Assembly (NCBI GenBank): GCA_046546095.1
Contig: JBKGYK010000002.1
Location: 2,975-66,974, forward strand
Direction: 5' to 3'
DNA from: Bacteroidales bacterium
GTDB lineage: Bacteria > Bacteroidota > Bacteroidia > Bacteroidales > ML635J-15
Length of the DNA: 64,000 nucleotides
Both the position numbers and the translations under genes were made by a program. Below are positions 26,226-35,512 of the stretch, in pieces; position 1 is the first letter of the stretch, and the number at the start of each line of letters is the position of its first letter. Below the pieces are notes generated by a model. That model had not been told where the DNA came from. It did not search any database and worked only from the letters and a program-made list of their open reading frames with translations.

Positions 26226-27367
26226 TTATGCATGTACTGATTGTTCCCAGATCATATCCAAATAAGCTGAATCCTGTAAGCGGGATTTTTTTTCAACAGC
26301 AGGTTACTGAGCTGGAAAAGGAATTCAATGTAGGGGTTTTGGCCTATCTTAATCTGTCATTAAAACAGCGCTTTAGCAAAAGATTCTGGAAAACCGGCCC
26401 GTCATGGAACAAGAATAAAATGCTGTTTTTTTCAATTGCAGTGCCTTTTCTGAAAGCTGTGAGCATGTGGCTGAGGTTTGTGGCTCTGAAACAACAATTC
26501 AGGGTTTACAGTAAAAAATTCGGACGACCCGATCTGGTGCATGTGCATTGTGCAGAAGCCGGAGCTGTTGCTATCTGGATAAAGAAAAATTATGGAATAC
26601 CATATCTGGTAACTGAACACCTGTCACGGATGTACAAAGCCAACCTGCCGGCATACTATACATCGGTAGTTAAGGCGGTATATGAGGAGGCAGAATCCCG
26701 CATTGCTGTAAGCAGCGGATTCGCTGAGGTGCTGGAAAATCATTTTAACCTCCCTTTCAGGGTCATCCCCAATATGGTGGATTGTGATTTCTTTTCACTG
26801 AAAGAAAAAAGTACAGATGAAAAAACCATCAACACCATACAGGTAGGAGGCCTGAATAAAAACAAAAATCACGCGGCTGTCATCCTGGCCGTAAAAATGA
26901 TGCTTGATAAAGGCTATAATCTGTATCATACAATCATAGGAGAAGGAGAGGAGCGTAAAACACTGGAAAAACTCATCAGCGATGTAAAAATCAATGATCA
27001 TGTACATTTGGCCGGGCAGGGATCAAGAGCGCAGGTACGTGATGCTTTACACAAAGCTGACTTTTTTATTTCATCCAGCCATAAGGAAACTTTTGGTGTG
27101 GTTATGATTGAGGCCATGTGCTGTGGCTTACCTGTATTGTCAACAAAAACCAACGGGGCTATGGATCTGATTCATGAAGGGGAAAATGCTTACCTTTGTG
27201 AACCGGACAGCAAGAGCCTCTGCGATGGTATGGTGAAGATGCTCCAACACGATTGGAAACCCAGGGAAATCCGGGAAAATGTAGTAAAAAACTTTTCAGC
27301 TGAAGTGGTGATTGGCGAGCTGAAAAGGGAATACAAAAAAATTGTTGGAAATGGCCTGGATGATTAG
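26222..27367 (+). CDS. Glycosyltransferase family 4 (GT-B)
   Basis: C-terminal GT1/GT4 core is present: SSHKETFGVVMIEAMCCGLPVLSTKTNG (EX7E-like). Confidence 0.8.
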   Translation: MIMHVLIVPRSYPNKLNPVSGIFFQQQVTELEKEFNVGVLAYLNLSLKQRFSKRFWKTGPSWNKNKMLFFSIAVPFLKAVSMWLRFVALKQQFRVYSKKFGRPDLVHVHCAEAGAVAIWIKKNYGIPYLVTEHLSRMYKANLPAYYTSVVKAVYEEAESRIAVSSGFAEVLENHFNLPFRVIPNMVDCDFFSLKEKSTDEKTINTIQVGGLNKNKNHAAVILAVKMMLDKGYNLYHTIIGEGEERKTLEKLISDVKINDHVHLAGQGSRAQVRDALHKADFFISSSHKETFGVVMIEAMCCGLPVLSTKTNGAMDLIHEGENAYLCEPDSKSLCDGMVKMLQHDWKPREIRENVVKNFSAEVVIGELKREYKKIVGNGLDD

Positions 27368-28598
27368 AATATTTATTCTTGCACTTTTTATCGGAAGTAA
27401 CTTATATTTCCTTGATACATCCCTGACCCTGTTCAATTTGCTATATGCAGGTCTGATTGTTGGCTTACCTGTAATGGCAATGAAAAAAGGATTTTCTGAA
27501 AATGTCATTAAATTCTACTTTTTGTTGTTTATCCAGTTTGTCATTTATGTGGTTTACTTTGTTTGGGGGAATTCCCACGGTCTGGAAGCTGTCAAGGATC
27601 TGTTTTACTCCATGATTTTTCTTGTTCTGCTGATATGGCTATATTGGTTAGTAAAAATCCATGGACTGAAAGTGTATCATGTCATTTATAAAACATTGTT
27701 TTTCTTTTTGATTCTCATGTGCGCGATTGTTATTTTTGAAATGATTACCGGGTTGCATTTACCCGCACATTCGGAGGAACTTAAGTTCGCATTCGTGCCA
27801 ACTGCCTTTTTTACCAATCCCAATGATCTGAGTGTGGCAGCTGTGATGATTTTTGCCTTTGTGTTTTTCTGGGCAGGATTGAGAAAGGATCGGGCAATAC
27901 AGGTCGTGAGCCTTATCATTACGGCTTTTATCGTTTTTGTTACCTTGTCAAGATTGTCAATGTTTGTTTTTCTGATTTATGTAATATCATATCAGCTCGT
28001 AAAGCTGAATTACATCAGACTATTGGTCTCCGCATCACTACTACTCCTAGTCTTGCTTGTAAGCACTCTCCTGATTTATAATGTGCCAGATATTCAGGTC
28101 AGGAATCCGGTTGTTCAGCGTTCCTTATCACGCGTAGTCAGCGTTCAGGAATTTAATGAACAGGCCCACGGCGCATCCTCAGCAAATAAAAGACTGGAGG
28201 TCTGGAAAAAAATCCTGTCAAATCCGGAAGATCATATCATAGGACATGGCTGGGGTGATCATACACAATTCCTGCATCGGGAGGTCGGTGTGGAAATGAA
28301 CAGCATGCATTCATATTTACTCGAAATGATTTACAATGTTGGTATTTTGGGGATACTGCCCCTTATCCTCTTCTTTATTTCTATCCTTGTTATTGCTGCC
28401 TTATTATCCAATAATTCTGTTATCGCCAGATATGCGTTCATCCATATTCTTCTTTTACTCTTACTGACAAATGTCCCCTCTGGAGTAATTCGCTTTCCTT
28501 TGATCTGGTTTATTATGACATTGCCTGTAACATTACTACTTTTGCATCCACATGTGAATACCCAACAAATAGTAAAGAAACACACCCATGAACAGTAA
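27342..28598 (+). CDS. O-antigen polymerase/ligase-family membrane protein (Wzy-like)
   Basis: At least 10 TM segments with a large loop near the C-terminal third, as in the Wzy_C architecture. The gene lies inside a Wzx-containing locus. Confidence 0.65.
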   Translation: MLEMAWMIRIFILALFIGSNLYFLDTSLTLFNLLYAGLIVGLPVMAMKKGFSENVIKFYFLLFIQFVIYVVYFVWGNSHGLEAVKDLFYSMIFLVLLIWLYWLVKIHGLKVYHVIYKTLFFFLILMCAIVIFEMITGLHLPAHSEELKFAFVPTAFFTNPNDLSVAAVMIFAFVFFWAGLRKDRAIQVVSLIITAFIVFVTLSRLSMFVFLIYVISYQLVKLNYIRLLVSASLLLLVLLVSTLLIYNVPDIQVRNPVVQRSLSRVVSVQEFNEQAHGASSANKRLEVWKKILSNPEDHIIGHGWGDHTQFLHREVGVEMNSMHSYLLEMIYNVGILGILPLILFFISILVIAALLSNNSVIARYAFIHILLLLLLTNVPSGVIRFPLIWFIMTLPVTLLLLHPHVNTQQIVKKHTHEQ

Positions 28599-29691
28599 GT
28601 ATATTTGTCATCTCACCAGCGTTCATCACCGACTTGATACCAGGGTTTATTATAAAGAGATACTGAGCCTAAAAAAGCATTTCGACAAAGTGGCTTTTAT
28701 CGTGGCTGATGGTCTTGGTAATGATCGTACCAAAGAGGATATCGGAATTTTTGATGTTGGTAAAGAAAAATCCCGGATTAAAAGGATTTTGCACAGCCCG
28801 CAAAGAATATATCGTAAAGCACTTGAACTGGATGCAGATGTTTATCATTTCCATGATCCCGAACTGATGATCATCGGAAGAAAACTGTTGCGCAAAGGCA
28901 AAAAAGTAATATATGATATCCACGAGGATGTCCCGCAACAACTCATGGGGAAACCTTATCTTAACAGGCAAGTGAGGCCTGTAATCTCAGGCATGCTACG
29001 CAAATTTGAAAACAAACATGCTGCCCGGTATACAGCACTTATTACTGCCACCCCGAAAATAGCAGAACGCTTTTTGAAAATCAATCCGGATACCTTTGTC
29101 ATAAACAACTATCCGAAAAAGAATGAATTGTTTTCATCAGCCGCTAATCTGCCAAAGAAACATCAGATTTGTTATGTGGGAGTAATTACCCGTATCCGGG
29201 GCCTTCTTCAGCTTGTCGATAGTCTTGTATATAGCGATGTGAAACTTTTGCTTGCAGGACGATTTGAAAGTAAGGCATTTGAAGAAGAACTTAAAAGCAG
29301 GCAGGGATGGAAAAATGTTGATTATATCGGTCAGGTGGATAGAAAAGAACTGGCCGGAATAATGTCTGAATCCAAAGCAGGCATGGTGACGTTTTTGCCT
29401 TATCCCAACCATGTTGATGCACAACCCAACAAAATATTTGAATATATGTCAGCAGGACTTCCCGTCATAGGTTCCGACTTTGAATTGTGGAAACAGATTA
29501 TCGCCGATAACAATTGTGGTGTCTGTGTTAACCCGGCTTCTCCTGAAGAAATTGCAAAAGGAATCAATTCAATTGTTAATTCAGAAGAAAAAATGAACCT
29601 TTATGGAAAAAATGGCCGCCGTTTGATTGAAACTACCTATAATTGGGAAGCCGAAGAAGTGAAATTGAATAATATTTATAAAGAACTATGA
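28588..29691 (+). CDS. Glycosyltransferase family 4 (GT-B)
   Basis: HLTSVHHRLDTRVYYKE at the N-terminus and the GT-B core QPNKIFEYMSAGLPVIGSDF. Confidence 0.8.
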   Translation: MNSKYICHLTSVHHRLDTRVYYKEILSLKKHFDKVAFIVADGLGNDRTKEDIGIFDVGKEKSRIKRILHSPQRIYRKALELDADVYHFHDPELMIIGRKLLRKGKKVIYDIHEDVPQQLMGKPYLNRQVRPVISGMLRKFENKHAARYTALITATPKIAERFLKINPDTFVINNYPKKNELFSSAANLPKKHQICYVGVITRIRGLLQLVDSLVYSDVKLLLAGRFESKAFEEELKSRQGWKNVDYIGQVDRKELAGIMSESKAGMVTFLPYPNHVDAQPNKIFEYMSAGLPVIGSDFELWKQIIADNNCGVCVNPASPEEIAKGINSIVNSEEKMNLYGKNGRRLIETTYNWEAEEVKLNNIYKEL

Positions 29692-30758
29692 TGAAAATTT
29701 TGACAGTTGTTGGTGCCAGACCGCAGTTTGTTAAAGCTGCTGTTGTCAGCAAATCGATACAGAAACAGCCGGAAATCAGGGAAGTGGTTTTGCATACAGG
29801 ACAGCATTACGACCATAAAATGAGCGGTGTGTTTTTTGAACAAATGCAAATCCCTGCTCCGGAATACAATCTCGATATCAATCAAATGTCTCATGGAAAA
29901 ATGACAGGCAGAATGCTCGAGAAAATCGAAGACTGCCTGATGAGAGAAAAACCTGATCTTGTTCTGGTCTATGGTGATACAAACTCCACCCTGGCTGCTG
30001 CTTTGGCCGCAAAAAAAATGCACATAAAAATTGCACATGTAGAAGCAGGCTTGCGATCTTTTAATGATAAAATGCCTGAAGAAATCAACCGCATTCTGAC
30101 AGACCGTATGAGTGACTTGTTGTTTTGCCCTACAACGCATGCAATCGACAACCTGAAAACCGAAGGTTTTAATCAGTTTGATAAGAAGATACTGATTACC
30201 GGAGATGTTATGTATGATGCGGCACTCTATTTTGCAGAATATGCAAAAAAACCGGATGGTGATATACCTGAAAAATATGCACTCGCCACTGTCCATCGTG
30301 CTGAAAACACGAATGATCCGGAAAGGCTTGCCGGGATATTTAAAGCCTTGCGTGAGATTGCAGGGGAAGTCCCGATTGTTTTGCCTCTGCATCCCGGAAC
30401 AAAAAATATTGCCGAAAAGTTACAAATAAATTTCTCCGGGCTGACCATCATCGAACCGGTCAGCTATTTTGAAATGATATATCTTCTGCAATCAGCAGAC
30501 TGTGTTTTTACCGACAGTGGAGGGATGCAGAAAGAAGCTTTTTTCTTTGAAAAACCCTGCATTACTTTGCGTGAAGAAACGGAATGGGTAGAACTGGTAG
30601 AGCATGGATATAACAAGCTGGCCTGTAATTCCTCCGAAGATATCCTGACGGCTTATCACAATTTTGTGAAAAACCCACCGCTGTTTGACAAAAAAATGTA
30701 TGGAGAAGGAAATGCGGCTGAAATTATTGTTGAGGCTCTGCTGCAAAATATGAAATAG
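29688..30758 (+). CDS. wecB: UDP-N-acetylglucosamine 2-epimerase (non-hydrolysing)
   Basis: Diagnostic motifs MKILTVVGARPQFVK, GDTNSTLA, HVEAGLRS and PEEINR are all present. Confidence 0.9.
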   Translation: MMKILTVVGARPQFVKAAVVSKSIQKQPEIREVVLHTGQHYDHKMSGVFFEQMQIPAPEYNLDINQMSHGKMTGRMLEKIEDCLMREKPDLVLVYGDTNSTLAAALAAKKMHIKIAHVEAGLRSFNDKMPEEINRILTDRMSDLLFCPTTHAIDNLKTEGFNQFDKKILITGDVMYDAALYFAEYAKKPDGDIPEKYALATVHRAENTNDPERLAGIFKALREIAGEVPIVLPLHPGTKNIAEKLQINFSGLTIIEPVSYFEMIYLLQSADCVFTDSGGMQKEAFFFEKPCITLREETEWVELVEHGYNKLACNSSEDILTAYHNFVKNPPLFDKKMYGEGNAAEIIVEALLQNMK

Positions 30759-30761
30759 AAT

Positions 30762-31673
30762 ATGGATAAACTCCCTTTTATACCCGTATTTGTTGTCGGT
30801 GCACCGCGCTCCGGTACACACCTGCTGGCAACAAGCCTGCTTGAAAATATGGATTGTGTTTACCGCAATGAAATCAATGAATTCTGGAAATCTTCTCATC
30901 CCTTCCTGAAAACCGATATCATCCCGGAATCAAAAGCCGGCGCTAAAACAATCAGGAAAAAGCGCAGACAAATTGCCAGAGTGATGGCTGACAATGGAAA
31001 TAAACCAATATACCTGGAGAAAACCGTATCCAACGCTTTGCGATTGCCCTACCTGCGACGGATTTTTCCCGAAGCCATATTCATTCACATTATCAGAGAC
31101 GGGCGTGCATCTGCCTATTCTATCCGTAAACAGTATTATGGCAACATAAAAAAAATCACACAGTTTGATACCGGTGATAAAGAAAAAGACGGCAGGTTGA
31201 ATAACATGTGGGTGGAAATCAAAAGACGCCTGACAAAAGGATTTAACCCGATTTTGTTTATTACCGGCTTCCGACGATACTGGAAAACCGGATTGCTGAG
31301 CCTCGGAATACTGAAATTCTCAACCTGGGGACCGAGATATCCGGGATTTGAATACAAATCCGGATTGCTGTCTCCTATACAGCTTGCAGGTGATCAGTGG
31401 CTTACCCTGGTGTCTGCCGGCAAAAATTATTTCAATACACACGATAATGATAACTCCCTTATTGAGTGCCGGTATGAAGAATTGCTGAAAAATCCGGATG
31501 AAGAGCTTGACAGAATCATCCGCAGAATACATGAAAAAAATCTGGCCGGAAAACCAAAACACAATATCATGAATGATACGCCAGTTGATTCTTTTGATGC
31601 ACTGTCACCTGATGAAAAGAATGAATTGAGCAATATCATCTCATCCATGCAAAAATACCTGGGATATGAATAA
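30762..31673 (+). CDS. Sulfotransferase-family protein (PAPS-dependent type)
   Basis: A 5'-PSB-like loop VVGAPRSGTHLL and a 3'-PB-like motif IHIIRDGRASAYS are visible. Confidence 0.7.
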   Translation: MDKLPFIPVFVVGAPRSGTHLLATSLLENMDCVYRNEINEFWKSSHPFLKTDIIPESKAGAKTIRKKRRQIARVMADNGNKPIYLEKTVSNALRLPYLRRIFPEAIFIHIIRDGRASAYSIRKQYYGNIKKITQFDTGDKEKDGRLNNMWVEIKRRLTKGFNPILFITGFRRYWKTGLLSLGILKFSTWGPRYPGFEYKSGLLSPIQLAGDQWLTLVSAGKNYFNTHDNDNSLIECRYEELLKNPDEELDRIIRRIHEKNLAGKPKHNIMNDTPVDSFDALSPDEKNELSNIISSMQKYLGYE

Positions 31674-32682
31674 GTATGAATTAGTAAGTGTTGTCATCCC
31701 CTGCTATAATGAGGAGAGGTTTATCGCAAATTGTCTTGATTCCGTGATCCGAAATGACTATCCCGACAATTATCTCGAGATATTTGTGGTTGACGGAATG
31801 AGCAGCGATCATACAGCGGAGATTGTCAGAAAATACGAAGAAAAATATCCCTTCATCCATTTGCTCAAAAATGAACATCGTATCGTGCCTTATGCTCTGA
31901 ATAAAGCAATCGCCAAAGCAAAGGGCAGCTATATCGTGCGCATGGATGCTCATTCCGAATATCCTGATGATTATATTTCTACCTTGATTGCATACCACAA
32001 AAAGCTCAATGCTGATAATGTGGGCGCCGCCTGGGATATCGTCCCGGCCGGTAATACCTTAATTGCCAGAGCCAATGCCTGGTCCACCGCTTCGCCTTTT
32101 GGGGTAGGAAATGCAATGTATCGCCTGAATTCAGACGGGATTAAGGAAGTGGATACTGTGCCGTTTGGTTGCTATAAAAAGGAACTCTTTGACAAAATCG
32201 GTGATTTCGACCGCGACCTGAAACGAAATCAGGATGATGAATTCAATGCTCGCCTGATCCAAAACGGTGGTAAAATATACCTGCTGCCTTTCCTGAGAAT
32301 CCGTTATTCAGCACGGGAAAACTTCAGAAAATTGCTGAAAATGTTCTATCAGTATGCCCTGTACAAACCACTGGTCAATAAAAAACTTAAACATCCCGCC
32401 ACAATCAGGCAGTTTGCTCCCCCGGCTTTTGTGCTCTACCTGCTGGTACTTCTGATCGCACTGGTCCTTGGTTTCTACCCCCTGGCATTCTCTGTTCCCA
32501 TCCTGTTGTACCTTGTATTGTCCCTGGTTTTTAGTGTTAAAGCAGCAGTGAAAAATAACGATATCCCGGCAATCTTAATCCTGCCTTTTGTGTTTTTTGG
32601 CATTCACCTGAGTTATGGCCTGGGCTACTTTGCCGGTATGCTAAAATGGTCTGTGATGCCTCCTCCTTTAGTTGAAAAATAG
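31666..32682 (+). CDS. Glycosyltransferase family 2 with C-terminal TM helices
   Basis: VSVVIPCYNEERFI, VVDGMSSD and RMDAHSEYP motifs, plus three C-terminal hydrophobic helices. Confidence 0.8.
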   Translation: MNKYELVSVVIPCYNEERFIANCLDSVIRNDYPDNYLEIFVVDGMSSDHTAEIVRKYEEKYPFIHLLKNEHRIVPYALNKAIAKAKGSYIVRMDAHSEYPDDYISTLIAYHKKLNADNVGAAWDIVPAGNTLIARANAWSTASPFGVGNAMYRLNSDGIKEVDTVPFGCYKKELFDKIGDFDRDLKRNQDDEFNARLIQNGGKIYLLPFLRIRYSARENFRKLLKMFYQYALYKPLVNKKLKHPATIRQFAPPAFVLYLLVLLIALVLGFYPLAFSVPILLYLVLSLVFSVKAAVKNNDIPAILILPFVFFGIHLSYGLGYFAGMLKWSVMPPPLVEK

Positions 32683-32909
32683 TCTTTCTGCAGGCTATGG
32701 CGCCCGGGCGGTGTCCGTTTCCTATCTGTTGTGCTGCAGGCTTTTTTCAGCACGCACAGCAGGATCCTTCTCCGGCGGCTATGCTGTTGCGGCTGAAAAA
32801 TAAGCCGGCAACCCAACAGGATATCCAACTTCCACCTGGCGCTGGCATGATCTGTCCCACTGACCTGTATTCACAACATAAGTCTATACCTGCAAACTGG
32901 CAGCAAAGA

Positions 32910-32943
32910 AAAAGCCGAAACCACTTTTTGGGCTTCGGCTTTT
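32910..32943. terminator. Bidirectional terminator (rny on minus strand, glycan locus on plus strand)
   Basis: Arms aaaagccgaa and ttcggctttt are flanked by A/T runs on both sides. Confidence 0.6.
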
Positions 32944-32981
32944 GTCATGTAGTATTTAATCAAACAGGTAAACCTGTTGTT

Positions 32982-34517
32982 TTATTTTGCATAATTCACT
33001 GATCTGGTTTCCCGGATAACAGTAATTTTTACCTGCCCGGGGTAGGTCATTTCATCCTGAATTTTCTGAGCAATTTCATTGCTGATGTTGGTGGCCTCCT
33101 GGTCAGTGACTTTTTCGCTGCCTACAATAACGCGGAGTTCGCGACCTGCCTGTATGGCGTAGGTCTTCGTGACACCCGGGTAGGAGAGTGCAAGCGATTC
33201 AAGCTCTTTCAGACGTTTGATGTATGATTCAACCACTTCACGACGGGCACCCGGACGGGCACCTGAGATGGCATCGCATACCTGGATAACCGGGGCGATA
33301 AGACTTGTCATTTCTTCTTCATCATGATGAGCACCAATGGCATTGACAATCTCCGGCTTTTCCTTGTACTTTTCTGCCAGTTTCATGCCCAGAATGGCGT
33401 GTGGCAACTCCGGCTCATCGTCGGGTACCTTGCCGATATCATGCAGGAGACCGGCGCGCTTGGCATGTTTGGGATTAAGCCCCAGTTCTGATGCCATAAT
33501 TGCAGACAAATTGGCTACTTCCCGCGAATGCTGCAACAGGTTTTGCCCGTAGGATGAGCGGTATTTCAACCGTCCTATCATGCGTATAAGCTCCGGATGC
33601 AACCCGTGAACACCCAGGTCAATGGCTGTACGATTGCCCGTTTCGACAATTTCTTCTTCAAGCTGCTTTTTGGTTTTGCTTACAACTTCTTCAATCCTTG
33701 CCGGATGTATGCGGCCGTCAATGATGAGTTGATGCAAGGCAAGACGAGCAATTTCGCGGCGAATCGGGTCAAAAGCAGAAAGAATGATGGACTCCGGTGT
33801 ATCATCAACGATGATTTCAACACCTGTGGCAGCCTCAAGTGCACGGATGTTACGTCCTTCACGACCAATGATGCGACCTTTGATTTCATCATTTTCAATG
33901 TGAAATACTGAGACAGCATTTTCTATCGCAGTTTCCGTAGCAGTACGCTGCACTGTTTCAAGTACAAGCTTCTTGGCCTCTTTGTTGGCTGTCATTTTAG
34001 CCTCATCAATGATTTCATTGATGTAAGACATGGCTTCAGTTCTGGCTTCATCCTTGAGCGAACTGATAAGCTGCTGCCTGGCCTCATCGGCACTTAGTCC
34101 GCTGAGAGTTTCCAGTTGTTTTACCTGCTCATTGTGAATTTTCTCCAGCTCCTGACTCCGCATTTCCACACGTTCAAGCTGCATGTCAAGATTCTTCCTG
34201 ACAGCTTCATTCTCCTTACGCTTGCGATTGAGGTCTTCCATCTTCTGAGAAAAACTCTGCTCCTTCTGATTCAACCTGTTTTCTGAGGCTGAAATCCTGG
34301 CATTTTTCTCATTGATGTATTTCTCGTGTTCCGATTTTAACTGAAGGAACTTTTCTTTGGCCTGAAGAATCTTATCCTTTTTGATTACATCACCTTCTCC
34401 TTTGGCCTCTTCAATTATCTTATTTCGCTTCTTGGCCAGAACACTGTCCCACAAATAGTATGATATAAGTGCTCCTGCGGCCAGGGCTACTACGCCTGTT
34501 ATTACAAATGGTAGCAT
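32982..34517 (-). CDS. rny: Ribonuclease Y
   Basis: N-terminal TM, a long coiled coil, a KH domain ([22 protein letters not shown]) and an HD domain ([21 protein letters not shown]). Confidence 0.95.
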   Translation of the reverse strand: MLPFVITGVVALAAGALISYYLWDSVLAKKRNKIIEEAKGEGDVIKKDKILQAKEKFLQLKSEHEKYINEKNARISASENRLNQKEQSFSQKMEDLNRKRKENEAVRKNLDMQLERVEMRSQELEKIHNEQVKQLETLSGLSADEARQQLISSLKDEARTEAMSYINEIIDEAKMTANKEAKKLVLETVQRTATETAIENAVSVFHIENDEIKGRIIGREGRNIRALEAATGVEIIVDDTPESIILSAFDPIRREIARLALHQLIIDGRIHPARIEEVVSKTKKQLEEEIVETGNRTAIDLGVHGLHPELIRMIGRLKYRSSYGQNLLQHSREVANLSAIMASELGLNPKHAKRAGLLHDIGKVPDDEPELPHAILGMKLAEKYKEKPEIVNAIGAHHDEEEMTSLIAPVIQVCDAISGARPGARREVVESYIKRLKELESLALSYPGVTKTYAIQAGRELRVIVGSEKVTDQEATNISNEIAQKIQDEMTYPGQVKITVIRETRSVNYAK

Positions 34518-34596
34518 AAATTATTTATTTTTAAGTGTTAACATTAATTATCATTTATTTATTATTCTCGCTTCTAGTATATATTAAACAAAAAAA

Positions 34597-34792
34597 GCCC
34601 GTATTGTTCTTCAAGTTATAGAAACCCCTGTTTCTACATGGGTGGAGCTGCCACACTACATCTGACGTCCACTGTCCGCCGAAGCGGAACCACTGAACTT
34701 GTCAGCGGGCGAGGCCTGCCATCAGCAATGCGAGCCTGGCTCCAATAACAATAGTGTTGAGTCACATAATCTTTAAAGAACGAATACGGGCT
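34597..34792 (-). ncRNA. Structured ncRNA with closed terminal helix, 6S (SsrS)-like candidate
   Basis: The ends pair over 16 bp with one bulge (agcccgtatt-gttctt with aagaacgaatacgggct) and continue into an imperfect helix. On the minus strand the GC-rich interior contains a C(UUCG)G hairpin (34676-34687). A U7 tract directly follows the 3' arm on the minus strand. The element lies between zapA and rny. Confidence 0.45.
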
Positions 34793-34820
34793 AAAGACTT
34801 AATTTTTTATGTAAAGAACG

Positions 34821-35123
34821 TTACGCTTCTGATAAATAAGAGCTCATTGTAAAATTCAAATCCCGCAGGTCCTCCAGCACCGGTGTCAGATCATTCTGAT
34901 GCTGAGCGTCAAGTGCCTGAACCGCCACATTCAGACTGGCCATTGCCAGATAATCCTGCTCATCTTTATTTTTCAAACCAAGGTTTTTGAATTGATTGGT
35001 AATATCATTCAGCATCTGGGCTGCTTGCCTCAGCGTTTGCTCAGATTGGCTGTCATCCCGGTTGATTTTGATCTTATAATCCCGGTTTGAAATACTTACC
35101 TTTATGCTCAATTCTTCTTCCAT
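34821..35123 (-). CDS. zapA: Cell division protein ZapA
   Basis: 100 aa with the ZapA-like pattern IKVSISNRDYKIKI..EQTLRQAAQMLND..DYLAMASLNVA. Confidence 0.8.
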   Translation of the reverse strand: MEEELSIKVSISNRDYKIKINRDDSQSEQTLRQAAQMLNDITNQFKNLGLKNKDEQDYLAMASLNVAVQALDAQHQNDLTPVLEDLRDLNFTMSSYLSEA

Positions 35124-35132
35124 TTGTGTGTG

Positions 35133-35450
35133 TTATATCTTATTTATCAGAGCTATACAGTTGTCAATTTCCCGTATTAATGTATTTATCTGTCCCTTCG
35201 ATTCTTCTTTCGTCTCTCTATTATTTAACGTACTTGTGAGCTTTTTTGTTTCCAGCTCATATGTTAAATTTTCGATTCTTTTTCTTAACTCTGTGTTTTC
35301 AAGCTTTATGCTGTTAATCCTTTCCGTCAGTTCATGGTTCTTGTTTTTTTCTTCATTATATGCCGCATACAGCCGGGCCGATTTACTCCTCAGTGATGAG
35401 ATGATATCTCTGGTTTCTTTTAATTTATCACTATCGGTATTGGCTGTCAT
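35133..35450 (-). CDS. Coiled-coil protein of unknown function (upstream partner of zapA)
   Basis: 105 aa with heptad-rich sequence (ELTERINSIKLENTELRKRIENLTYELE). It lies 9 nt upstream of zapA. Confidence 0.6.
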   Translation of the reverse strand: MTANTDSDKLKETRDIISSLRSKSARLYAAYNEEKNKNHELTERINSIKLENTELRKRIENLTYELETKKLTSTLNNRETKEESKGQINTLIREIDNCIALINKI

Positions 35451-35512
35451 CGTATTCTGATCATTTATTTACAAAAATAGTGGAAATTTCAGTTATTTAA
35501 AAGATATTTGCA

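Noticed and set aside
29676-30392. 238-aa minus-strand ORF
   Set aside because: It is antisense to the clearly recognisable UDP-GlcNAc 2-epimerase gene and has an implausible Cys/Phe/His-rich composition.
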